A stretch of 62,661 bases of DNA, counting the filler, from Asterionella formosa (taxonomy: Eukaryota), in NCBI GenBank assembly GCA_002256025.1. It is 15 parts of 15 records of this genome, joined end to end, with 100 filler letters (N's around TTAATTAATTAA, not from the genome) between each part and the next. Parts side by side here need not be neighbours in the genome. Positions count along the whole stretch, not along the records: positions 1 to 21,943 come from NKIB01002908.1; 14 more parts are not named here. One strand, given 5' to 3'. Position numbers and translations under genes: made by a program. Shown one piece after another: positions 1 through 11,333 of this stretch (the first letter of the stretch is position 1; the number at the start of each line of letters is the position of its first letter). The notes beneath the pieces were generated by a model. It searched no databases and was not told where the DNA came from. It was given only the letters and a program-made list of their open reading frames with translations.

Positions 1-1390
1 TGTATCATCTCAGAAATATGATACAAAAATGGCGATTTGGTTTTTTGTGGTGATCACCAACGTTTCTTTTGGTCTGATCACTGGTGTATCATGGGCGTAT
101 CACTGATACTCTTATCATTCTGTCATTGGTCATCATTGGTGTATCATCTCCGAAATATGATACAAAAATGGCGGTTTGGTTTTTTAAATAACTACTATCA
201 TTACCAAATTGCATACAGGAACAACAAAAAGTCAGGAATTCATGATGACTTTTTTAACTTTGTTGGAAGCCGACCTCATATATATTAGCTAATACTATTT
301 ATGGTTGTACCAATTTCCTCACCTTCTCAATTTTGCTGTTCCATTGCTTCCAAAATCATCATTCCGTGAAAGTAGTGATAGTGCCAAATCTTTGTCCTTA
401 TCATCGAAGACTGTTGGCTCGAAGAAAGGAAAATTTTCATCTACTTCATCCAATCATTACCATCATTCCTCTTCTATGGTACAAATAGCAAATGAATTAG
501 AGTGTTTTGAATGAGTCAATGCAGTGAAACTTCAAGTACTTCAGTCTTCAGCAGCACCAAGACGCGAAAAAGAGATCCTAGATGTTCTGGATCTCTATAA
601 AAGTCGTCTCAAGAATGCTCGGAAGGATTTGGAAGAGTTGGAAAATCATGGGTATGACTCCGAAAATTGATGTAGTTCAGGCTTGATTAGAAATTAAGAT
701 ATGCAAGAGAAAGCGGGATCACTATTTTCATCTACTTTCAGAAGGTGAAACATCAGATTGAATCCAAGAACTACTAATGAATAAATTATTTATTTGTCTT
801 GCTACATTAAATTTATTTCAAGTAATTCTTTCCTTCTCTTCACTATATTGACAGGAGGTCGTTGCAAGCCTAAGGTTTGCAATCTGGTGGTAAGAATCAC
901 ATCTCACATCACAGAGCTTCCAGGCAATATACACAATGGTTCCACAGTCAGTAAGTAGTTTGGAAGAGTGATGCTGCCGTTTACAGCGTCGCCTTTGTAG
1001 GTTGGATGAGTGCTCTTGTTCCTCTGCTTCCTTAGCTAAAAGAAGAAAACCAGATCACTGCTGTCATCATTATTATCATCAAGTAACTTAAAAGGCGGTG
1101 GCACGAGCCATGCAATTGTGTTTTTTTATGATATAGTATAATTATATTTTATGCTGCTGCTTGATATCAAGACCATCAAAATATTCTGGAGGGATATACA
1201 CATGATCTTTGCCAGCCTGTTGCCATTGACAATCCATGTTACTCCATGATACAATGTGATCACAAATGTGATACAGTGTCACTTTTGGAATGAATGAAAT
1301 ACAGTTCAAATCAAGTTACCGTTGCTGACACATTTTCAAAAAAATTTCAAATTTCGTGATGCACGAAGAAAATGATAAGAACGACCCTAA
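1..1390. mobile_element. Degenerate non-autonomous PIF/Harbinger-like DNA transposon (left end just outside window)
   Basis: Right end aatgataagaacgaccc (1371-1387; reverse complement GGGTCGTTCTTATCATT) is followed by TAA, the typical Harbinger target site. The TGATAC-rich subterminal region 1-185 is tandemly duplicated and matches the reverse complement of 50225-50365. Interior has only decayed ORF pieces. Confidence 0.5.
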
Positions 1391-2755
1391 ATAAGCTAAA
1401 ACTTTGTTGTACTGGTAGCTAGAATTATTTTGTTCTGGCAGCTACAATGGGGTACCCAATTTAGTTTCATGATGCATGATGCATGNNNNNNNNNNNNNNN
1501 NNNNNNNNNNNNNNNNNNNNNNNNNNNNNNNNNNNNNNNNNNNNNNNNNNNNNNNNNNNNNNNNNNNNNNNNNNNNNNNNNNNNNNNNNNNNNNNNNNNN
1601 NNNNNNNNNNNNNNNNNNNNNNNNNNNNNNNNNNNNNNNNNNNNNNNNNNNNNNNNNNNNNNNNNNNNNNNNNNNNNNNNNNNNNNNNNNNNNNNNNNNN
1701 NNNNNNNNNNNNNNNNNNNNNNNNNNNNNNNNNNNNNNNNNNNNNNNNNNNNNNNNNNNNNNNNNNNNNNNNNNNNNNNNNNNNNNNNNNNNNNNNNNNN
1801 NNNNNNNNNNNNNNNNNNNNNNNNNNNNNNNNNNNNNNNNNNNNNNNNNNNNNNNNNNNNNNNNNGACCAGATACACATGAACAGTACTACGACAGGCGA
1901 TTAACCGGTCCCTGATGCTGGCGTACTATCGTAGGTAACAGCCGTCGCTCAGCGATATAAATGCTCTAGCTTTGTTCTGATGGCCCCGATGGCCTGGTAC
2001 CAGGTACCGATGCCTGTACTACACGAGTCATAGTACTTGGTACTTACTCCCTGGTAAAGACATAGATAGATACATACAAGCATACAATACATACCGGTAT
2101 ATACTGTAGCTGCGTTCTGGCGTACGTACCAGGAACCACCACTCCTTATGGACTATATATATACCGGTACATAAAGTAGTCTGCAGTACCTGGTACCTGG
2201 TACTGGTACCAGGGTACCATGGTACCGGTATTCTCACATTGGCAGCATGCATGACCCATCGGCTCAGTCACGCAGCGGAGCCGCAGGAATGAAACGATGG
2301 ATCCCATGATTATTTATTACCACGAATGACCCTCACCAACTATGGTAGGGTTGTGTCGGTTCTTGGTACTCCTACCATGGTACAAGGTACCTACCAGTAT
2401 GCCAGGGATGTAAAAAGAACAACAACAATCATGTCTGTGCAGGATTTAAGCAAAAGCGTTTACATATGAGTTGGTACCTGGTACCAAACAGGAGAAGTAC
2501 GGATATGTACCTGGTACCTGGTACCATGGTACCACCGGTATTGCCAATGGACATGGGACCTGTACTTATGTAGGTACCTGGTACCAGGTACCTGCCAGCG
2601 ATCACCTACGCACAGTCATTGTAAAATCGGGAACAAAATCGAAGGCAACATCCCTGCCAGCATTCTCAATTTATAGTCTACCACCGGTATCTCTCCTCCT
2701 CATCACAATCCCGTATCGATTATTGAATACCGGTACCTGGCCCCTCCCAAGAACC

Positions 2756-4039
2756 ATGTCCCCTCTGCCATCATACATCCCATTTCAACAAAACCTGACA
2801 GGTATGATTCATAAAGTGAAGTTTCACTCCGAAGCTCAAACAAATGCCATCCCGATGCTCCAGTCTCATCAATCGAAATGTGAAGCAGATTGTCAGCGTT
2901 CAATGGTACCAATAATCGCAGCTTCAGGCTCCGACGAAAACCGTTTGCCAAGCTTTCCTCGTATGCTATTGGATATCATTGCGCAGCACCCAGAGCAGAT
3001 GCAAAAGCTTCTTTTGCCCTCTGCTCCGGCTTTAAACACACCCTCTCAAGATGCTGTTGCCCAAACAAGTAGCAAAGCCGACTTTCTCGCTTTCACAGCT
3101 GTCTTAAGTGCCATAGTCTTGATTGATCACTACAAGGACCATCAACCACGGGTTTTCATTGAAGGCGATGGAACTTTCGCTAGAAACAGAGGCAACAGTC
3201 AAAACGGCCATTTCGATGACGCTTCCGTTGATGATTGTCGCTCTTCCCTCGAACACGACGATTCTTTCCATTCGCACGAGAGAAATGTCAGAGAATCATC
3301 GTATCGTCGTGCTGCCTCATTTACTAGAGGTGGCTCCGTACGACGCTTCAACTCAGTCCGATCATTCGATTCCTACGACAATCAGGACTTTGACTTTGGC
3401 GCTGTCATCAAAATCGCATGCCTCGAGGATCAGGTCGATGACATGGAAGAAGAAATCCTTGAGTTGCGAGAGGAAATAAAGAAACATAAATACAGAACTC
3501 ACCACTTGGTAAACGAACTGAATCTTCACAAGTCCGTCATTTTCGACCTCGAAGACGTCTACGCCGAGTTGAAGGTAGACCTTGCTGCTGCTCAGAGCGC
3601 TCTTGACGATCAAGTTATTGCTACACAGGAAGTCCTTTGTAAAAGAGATTTGCAGATGCTTGAAGTATCTTTGGAGATTAATAGCCTCGCAAAGGAGAAG
3701 AACGCCATGGCTAAGCAAGCTACTAGGATGCAAAAGATGATCACTAGGCTCGAACAGAGCATTGACAACAAGGACCAACGGTACAAGAAATTGGTTGAGG
3801 AACTTGAACAGGCGAGGGACGAATCTCGTGCACTCACGCAACAACTAGATTATTTTTTACAACAGCAAGTCCACCAAGAAGGCGAGGAGCAAGCATACCC
3901 CCAAAAAGATGCACCCTCCCCCAGGAATGGACTCATGCTCCGTTGGAATCGCCCAGGTGTCATTGTAGACAATCTCAAAGGTTTACGGCGTCGAATGAAT
4001 AGGACAGAGATGTTTCAGTCGCAAGTAGCAGAACAATGA
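2756..4039 (+). CDS. Hypothetical protein with long C-terminal coiled coil
   Basis: Long ORF with a heptad-rich E/K/L/Q region (LEDQVDDMEEEILELREEIKK...). First ATG is at 2756; the upstream part of the 2471 ORF is GGTACC repeat sequence. Confidence 0.7.
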   Translation: MSPLPSYIPFQQNLTGMIHKVKFHSEAQTNAIPMLQSHQSKCEADCQRSMVPIIAASGSDENRLPSFPRMLLDIIAQHPEQMQKLLLPSAPALNTPSQDAVAQTSSKADFLAFTAVLSAIVLIDHYKDHQPRVFIEGDGTFARNRGNSQNGHFDDASVDDCRSSLEHDDSFHSHERNVRESSYRRAASFTRGGSVRRFNSVRSFDSYDNQDFDFGAVIKIACLEDQVDDMEEEILELREEIKKHKYRTHHLVNELNLHKSVIFDLEDVYAELKVDLAAAQSALDDQVIATQEVLCKRDLQMLEVSLEINSLAKEKNAMAKQATRMQKMITRLEQSIDNKDQRYKKLVEELEQARDESRALTQQLDYFLQQQVHQEGEEQAYPQKDAPSPRNGLMLRWNRPGVIVDNLKGLRRRMNRTEMFQSQVAEQ

Positions 4040-4136
4040 ATGAATCGTCACGAGAGGTCATATCAGTATACAATACTTTATTAAATATGCATTTATTTGC
4101 AGTTACCAACCGAGCGCATTCAAAATGTTTCTCTGG

Positions 4137-6882
4137 TCAATTTGATATTACTCCCATTCTAACAAAAACCGATTGATTACGCTCATTAAACTGGATGATC
4201 CCGTTGTCTTCCATTTGGTTCAACGCGTCAATAATGTCGGCTTGTTCTACTGCGTTGTTTAGGATTTCAGAAAGTTGTGAACTAATGTCCCTGACAGCCA
4301 TGCGAGTGCCTCTGCGGGCCGCAAAAAGCTCCTTCAAACCATTTTCAATAGCTTCTTCTAAATCGCGATCTGCTCGACTTCGACCAGTTGTGATCATGTC
4401 CATATCAATTCGTCCTGTTCGAGGATCGGTGGCTGCAGCTTGGGTCGCCACGCGCATCAAACGAACTGCCTCTTTTGCATCACTTGCAGCTACGACGTCG
4501 CTATATCTCATCTTGGCCAGTGCTTCGCTCAATCGAATCAATGATTCCAGCTGACGAGGAGTGGCGGAAATTGTGCGTGTTCCATTACCGCTAGTATTGC
4601 CCATTTTTCGCATTTCCAAGTAGGAATCGATCAGTGTTTTCGTAGCGTCTTCGCTGAGCTCGGGATGGATATGATCACGGGCATACTCAACATAATCTCG
4701 CAATACATCTTGGTCCAATGGAGGATTAATGACATTTGGTATTTCATAATATAATCCGACTAAATGCTGAGCCAGTCGACGATCATGGTCTTGGTTAGGC
4801 GAATCCAATATAAGATAGATGAGATCAAATCGACTGAGCAAGGTGGGAGGAAGCTTTATGTTCTCTACCACGCTCATATTGGGATTGTAACGAGACTCTG
4901 TAGGGTTGGCAGATGCCAGAATGGAAGTTCGGGCGTTCAAAGAGGCAATGATGCCGGCCTTGGCAATCGATACGGTTTGTTGTTCCATGGCTTCGTGCAA
5001 GACCGATCGCGTAGTGTCTGAACAGAATGTACGGAGTGTAAGATTAACATCATGTGTCTTTGACATCAACACAATGTGCAGCACAGTTCATACCTGACAT
5101 TTTATCAAATTCATCGATGCAGCAAATTCCCAAATCACTCAATACTAAGGCTCCACTCTCCAATACTAATTCTCGCGTCTCTGGATCGCGAACTACAGAT
5201 GCTGTCAAACCCACAGCTGACGATCCTTTACCAGACGTATAAACTCCACGAGAACTCAACTTGTTAACATAGCTCAAGAGCTGGGATTTCGAAGTCCCGG
5301 GATCTCCACACAACAAAATATTGATGTCACCACGCTTATTTAACTTTGTTGCCCCTTCATCTTGTTCCAACTCGGGTTCATCCCCGTCACTTGCCCAGCT
5401 ATCATCGTCGTCTCTATCACGCTTTCTCGCGGCCGTTCCCTTTTTCACTCGAACATGATTTCCTCCAAACATCATTGCTAAAACACCCTTTTTGACATCA
5501 TCTAATTCCCAAATGGATGGAGCAAGTGACTGCATAAGTTTGGAGTAAATCTGAGAGTCTTTGGACAATTCAATCAGCTGCTGAATTCGCTCAGGTGTAA
5601 ATCTTGTTTGCATGCTAGTCCTCGATTCATTCGTCGCTTCCTTGCTGCCTTCCATTCCAGTGACACGTCGAAAGTGAATGACATCAATGTATGTTTTGTA
5701 CACAGATTTCAATTTCGAAATCTTGGGATTCACTCTACGGGGTTGTGCTCTCAGGACTCCTGTTACTTCCACTCGATCTCCTGGCTTGACAGAATCCACC
5801 AAGTCATCGAAGCAAAACGTCACGACACTGGCCGGTGTTTGACCCGCAGGTACTTCATCGGGTGTTTCCTGCAGTCGGACCAATTGCTTGTCCGCGAATA
5901 TGCATCGGTTGTGCGTGATGGAATAGGAATCCCGACAGTTGCATTGTGGACAAGCGTGTGGTTCTTGAATACGGCCGCGGTCAATCCTAACTTGAACGTC
6001 ATGACCACAAATGCAGCACTGAAAATGCGCCACTTTCAGGTCCGGAATAATTGGAGACGAGCGGACAATCATGCCTCTGACAGATAGGAGAGAGTCCATT
6101 TTGATAGGGTCGAGGGATCGCATGTGCGAAAGCGCTTTGAGATTAAAGGGGCGCGCTTGAACGCGAGGAACAAATTGGTCAGGACCAGCCATGCGTTCAA
6201 GCTGGCGCTTGATGAGGACATCAATCAGAGGGACTAGTTCCATGGGATAGGCGACCAGCTGTTGATAGAATTTTTGGCAGTCTTGAGAGTGGTAAAAAAG
6301 ATGCATAGTATCAATATCAAGAGACGACGTCCTCTCATCGTCGTCAGAAACAACTCCTCCATTGTTTAAGATATCTTGAAGTTTATTCAAGTAAAGGGGT
6401 TCTTTGTTCTGTTGTGCCGAATCGATACTGTCCAAGTCGTCGTCGTCGTCGTCGTCACCTGGTGCACGGTTGGCTCGTTCGGCTTGTTCGAGACTAACGA
6501 AAGTAAGCAGGAAATCTTCAAAGGCAGCTGCTGCCGAAGGAACATGAACATCCGTTCCTCGAATCAATGAAACAGAATCTTCTGGAAGCAGAGGCTCTTG
6601 CGCCTCGGGAGGTATGTCTACATCGTCGTATTCGTTGGCATCGTCCATATCTGGCAACTGCGACAATGGTGTCAGAGGAGTTTCTGGTTCGTCCCGATTA
6701 GTAGCGGCCATTGGTGTTGATGGAACTACAGAATCATCTGGCGATGCCGGCATTGAAGGAGTACTTGGAGCCAAGCGACCAGAAGCACTCATGCTGCTCC
6801 GTTCTGGAGCTGACCTAGCAGGCGTTGACACATTGCGAGGAGGAGGCATTGTTTCTTCTTCACTGTCGCTTGGGTCTTCCAT
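4137..6882 (-). CDS. MCM4: DNA replication licensing factor MCM4 (2 exons: 6882-5094, 5017-4137)
   Basis: S/P-rich N-terminus, C4 zinc finger, LQETPDEVPAGQTP, Walker A GDPGTSKSQ, IDEFDKM, arginine finger SRFD, ATPRQLESLIR. GT-AG intron 5093-5018 restores DKMS-DTTRSVLHEAMEQQ. Confidence 0.95.
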
Positions 6883-7100
6883 GGTGGATCGAAGGAAAGG
6901 CTAGGTTGAATGAGAGCTATGCTGTGTTCGATTGAAAAATAGGGTGATGGTATCGAAAGGATGAGGGACCTATCAAGGCAATGATCATTATCACTTCGTG
7001 ATCTTCTTAGCTACTGGTATGTGTAATGGACATCGCGGTACCAGTAGTTAGCGAAAACAAAAAGGTAAACTTGATACCGGTACCTAGCCAGCTGACAAAT

Positions 7101-7110
7101 TTTGGCGCGC
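7101..7110 (+). promoter_or_regulatory. Candidate E2F site (TTTGGCGC) in the MCM4/SAS10 divergent promoter
   Basis: Exact TTTSSCGC match about 220 bp upstream of the MCM4 ATG; MCM genes are established E2F targets in animals and plants. Confidence 0.45.
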
Positions 7111-7513
7111 ACTTGTTTGGAACGGAAACGTTGTGACTTATACCAGCTGACAAATGAGCATCTGTAGGCCAACCATTTTTTCCTCGATTATTATGATTGT
7201 AAAATATAGAAAGGAGGAAGTATACTGGTAGCTACGTACCGTAGTGTCCAACATACATGAAATGTCATGTGTTTTTATCAGTATATACACTAATATCTCG
7301 AATACCGTAGTCTACCGGTATTCTTGTTAATTCTACGGTGCATTATTAGATGAAGGGAAATGAGTACGGTACCGTACCAGGTACGGTATATTGTCAATAG
7401 CAAGAAAGTGACCATCAAAACCTAAACAAAGCAGCAGCTATTCACCTATTCATTGATCTGCCATCAAGAAGGTTACACCCAACCTCCAACACTACTCATA
7501 TATTTGCATTGCA

Positions 7514-9628
7514 ATGGGGAAGAAACGTAATTCTGCAAAAACGGGTGACCAAGCCCTCTATAAAAACCGGGAGACTCTTGGCTCAAAGGGAAGGAAACCC
7601 AACGAGGATGACAATGCCATGTTCAATGAAGTTGACCGTTTTCACAACGAAAGGGAAGAAGCACAGTTTCTAAAACTAGACCGAGATGCAAATGACAGCG
7701 AAAGTGAAGATGATGGCATTACAAGGACAGAAAATGTCTTGGATCTTGGTTTGGCGGACAGTAGCAGTGACGACGAGGACGACAAGAGTTCTGAGAACGA
7801 CGACAACGACCATGAAGATGGTGAGGAGGATTCGGAAGAAGGTAACATATCTTCAGACAGTAACGAAGATGAAGATGATGATCAAAAACGAGAAGATGTT
7901 CGAAATTGGGGGAAGAAAAAGTCTGCCTATTATCACGGGGACACAGCAGATTTGGAAATTGGCCAAGAAGAGGATGATGCCTATCTCGAGGAGGAAGCTG
8001 CAAAAGAGGTACTAGCTGCAAGATATGCACAAATGGAGGAAGACGATTTTGTCTTATCAGATGACGACAATGAAGTCAAGGATGAATTGGCGACAACTGA
8101 ATCGGATCTGTTGTCAGCCAGGCGCGACGTAACCAAACTGTCTCGATCCGAGAAGAAAAAATTGCTGCAATCACACCATCCAGAACTTCTACCAATGATG
8201 ACACATTTTTCGAAAGTCCTTCAAGAATATGAAAGTCGTACAAGGGTCGTGGCCAAGGTCTTGTTGGAAGACGAAGAGGGGGCATCAGAGGTAAGTTTGG
8301 ATTGATTTCGTGTGGCCAGTTGAGTGCACCCATATGATAGTCCATGCCGAGGCACAATGTGTTTCTGAGGTTTTGGAAGAAAGCGGTGCAAAAATTAGAA
8401 TTTTGAAGCCAGTGTAATCCTACGAAAAGGAAATGTTATACCGTGACCTTATTTCGCTTGTTTGGCCTTCAACACTCACACAAAAGTTCTCTCCAAGGCT
8501 GTTGGAGCGACTCCCACAGGACTCAATTACTTGGTTACCAAGTGCATGCTGCAATCATCCACCGCATTGAATGTGGCAATGTATTTGCTGCTTAAGATGG
8601 ACCAAAAGAAGGATGATTTCTTAGGAGACGACGATGAAGGTCCTTCCACTCAATCTCATCCTGTTATGGCGAGGCTGCAGCAATGGAATAGCATCGCCCA
8701 CAAGCTAGAAGACCGGGTTGAGAGTAAAGTAGACACCTTGTCAGACCAAATATCCAACTTGATCAAGGCATCAGTTCTAATGAAATCAGAAGGTGACGAT
8801 GATGACGAAAGTGAATCTCATTCTGAGGATGACGAGGATCACGACGAGACTACGCCAATAGGTGACGACGAGGAGGTTGGGTCTGACACGGTCGCTTCTG
8901 AAGTGGACGATGAGAATGACACCAAGGTGGCCAAGTCTGTCCTAAATGAAGCCCGATTCGGACTCCGACAGCAAGAAATTGTATCTGCTAGTAGCACTCG
9001 TACTCGGAGAGCTGCGCCGTCGGACTTTGGCGATGAAGAAACGGAGGAATCTCGGTCAAAGAAGGCATCTCAGTCACTATCAAAGACTGTCAACTCTCTG
9101 GAACAAAAATCTGCTACTAAGAAGCGCAAGAATGACAAATCTAACAGTGAAATTCTAGACGATCCTAATTTGGACGATGAATCTCGCTTGCAAGCAGGCT
9201 TCGACATGATGGATGCGGAACTTGGACCAGAAGAAGCAGACGAAGACGACAGAGAGATCGACGACGAGCTCAACGATGATGACGGTGATACTGATTTCTA
9301 TGAGCACATTAAAACGAAATCAAAATCTAAGAAAGCGTTCAAGAAATCCCTCTACGAAGTTGCTCCTAAGTACCCTCGTCTGGAGGCCGAAGTGAAAGGT
9401 GAACGCGCCGTTGGTAACCAGATTCTTAAGAATCGTGGACTCGTTCCTCATAAGGCCAAGATCAATCGCAATCCTCGCGTCAAGAAGCGAGAGCAATACC
9501 GTAAGGCCCTTATTCGCCGCAAGGGTAGTGTTCGTGAGGTGCGCACTGATGAGGGCCACAAGTACGGCGGAGAAGAGACGGGTATCAAGAGCGGCCTTAG
9601 TAGGTCTCGGAAATTGGGCGTCAAATAG
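7514..9628 (+). CDS. SAS10: U3 snoRNP / SSU processome protein Sas10/Utp3 (2 exons: 7514-8290, 8498-9628)
   Basis: WGKKKSAYY motif, HPELLPM, HPVMARL, and C-terminal Sas10 domain ILKNRGLVPHKAKINRNPRVKKREQY...YGGEETGIK. Phase-0 intron GTAAGT...AAG at 8291-8497. Confidence 0.92.
8323..8477 (+). ncRNA. Intronic box H/ACA snoRNA candidate (copy 1)
   Basis: Two hairpins (tgcacc/ggtgca; gaagcca/tggccttc), H box AAATTA 8392-8397, ACA 8472-8474. Pockets lie 14 and 15 nt from the boxes. A paralog at 10935-11088 shows compensatory changes. Confidence 0.75.
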
Positions 9629-10934
9629 AAATCAGCTAAAGAATAGTGGACTATTATTGTCAGCATGGCACTCCTCTGTCATTCTAAGAAAAATCGGGAG
9701 TAGGACACGAGCATTAGTATTATTCATTAGATGGTTGCTTTTCAGTCTTAGTGTTCTTGACCTTGAATTTCCGTGATTCAATGGAGTGAACCATCTTGTA
9801 TCATAGAGTGGGTTAAGCGTGATATATGGAGTCCATTTGGGGTCCACGTGTGCGACCCTAGGGATTCACAAGTTATGATTACTTTACTTATTCCAAAATC
9901 ATTTTACAATATTACAAAGACAAGATATTCTGTTACAGCGTGTGCTGCTATTGATACAAAATTTTAGTGAAAATATTTTAAACTGGAGTTGTTAGATATT
10001 AGCTGTGGATGAAAAGTATTGTGTAAGGTAGGATTATACGTATGAGAAGATGTTGATATATTGTTAGTCTGCTATGAACATGAGATTGGATCATGAAGTC
10101 TTGTACTAGTCTGTTGTGACAGAGTGAGGATGAAACGAGATTTAGGTAGAAATAATGTCGAAAAGGGGTGATATCGTTTGAGGAACGAGGCGAGCGAAGG
10201 TTAAAGTGAAGTCTTCAGAGGCTTCATCATGATCGTTCACATAAAATGAGTTGAGAAAGAGTTACGTGGGATTGTCAGCGTCTCTTGGCTGGCGATAATC
10301 GTGATGACATATGTACCAATACTAGGGATGAAGATTGGGAAAAACGCGAAGTTGTCGTGTCTGTGCATTGTCTGTTACCGGTACGTATGTTACCTCATAA
10401 TGCACAGGATTTATGCGTGCCAGTTTTACCATCTGCCAGGCATTCGACGTGGAAGTTACAACATGCGCTACCGGTACCTGGTTACCACAGTCAAGTTGAG
10501 GTATATGAGAACTTTAGCTGTGTTTTCCTTATAGTACGAGCCGACTTTTGCTGAAACTTCCTGGTACTGGTACCAGGTACCGGTACTCTAACAGGTACAC
10601 TACCAGGTGCGTACCTGGTAGCAGGTACCCATGATTGCAGGAGCAACACAACCAACAGCCGAAGCAAACAACTCATGAAGTGCCGACTTTATTTTCTCTC
10701 GCCGAGCACCGTAAATGGCAGCGTATTGGCTTCCCAGATATGTGTTGAATAGATAGTGAGAAAGCGAGAGGAATGAAATCGATTGCCACCGTTCTTATTA
10801 AACCGGTACCAACGAAATGATTCTTGAAGCAAGGATTGGCTATGAGGCAGCCAATTGAAGGGGAAGAGTTTTGACCAAGGCTATGGAAGCAAAGTTTCCC
10901 GAGGTGCGTTTTGGCTGGATTGCGCAACAAGTAA

Positions 10935-11088
10935 AGTGCATCCATATGATAGTCCATACCGAGTCACAACGTGTTTCTGAGGTTTTGGAAGAAAGCGATG
11001 CAAAAATTTAACTTATGGAGCCATTATAATCCTACGAAATCGACCTAATATGCCGTGGCCCTTTTCGCTTGTTTGGCCTCCAACACTC
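10935..11088 (+). ncRNA. Box H/ACA snoRNA candidate (copy 2)
   Basis: Diverged paralog of 8323-8477 with stems tgcatc/gatgca and ggagcca/tggcctcc, ACA at 11083-11085. The H box is imperfect (AAATTTA). Confidence 0.65.
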
Positions 11089-11333
11089 ACTCGCTGTTTA
11101 ATTCCGAATTGAAGAATTTCGTCAGGCTGTCAGATTTCCAAATTTTAGTGAGGCATCAAGTGTTAAAAATCGGGAAAGGGGGATGACGATGACTAGTGTG
11201 AAATTCTGATTACTAGAAAGATCCCAGGAAGTTTCCTTATCACTACTATGACAACAGGCAATCTCGTACAATGTTTTGTCGGTGATTTCAAAATGGTCTA
11301 TAAAGTGATTTGATACGTCGAGCAGCACTTAAA

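Noticed and set aside
2471..2755. N-terminal extension of the 522-aa ORF, and many short VPGT/WYQV-rich ORFs
   Set aside because: Translation of GGTACC repeats from non-ATG starts; not credible coding sequence.
8331..8368. Box C/D reading (ATGATA...CTGA) or U17/snR30 identity for the intronic RNA
   Set aside because: The C/D span is only ~35 nt, and the U17 m2 motif (AAACCAU) is absent from the pocket. A two-hairpin H/ACA fold with covariation fits better.
9775..9875. Possible additional H/ACA RNA ending ...ggattcACAagt
   Set aside because: No convincing H box and no paralog for covariation support.
10680..10790. Long imperfect hairpin (ctctcgc/gcgagag) resembling SRP or RNase P/MRP RNA
   Set aside because: No recognisable SRP helix-8 or RNase P/MRP conserved-region motifs.
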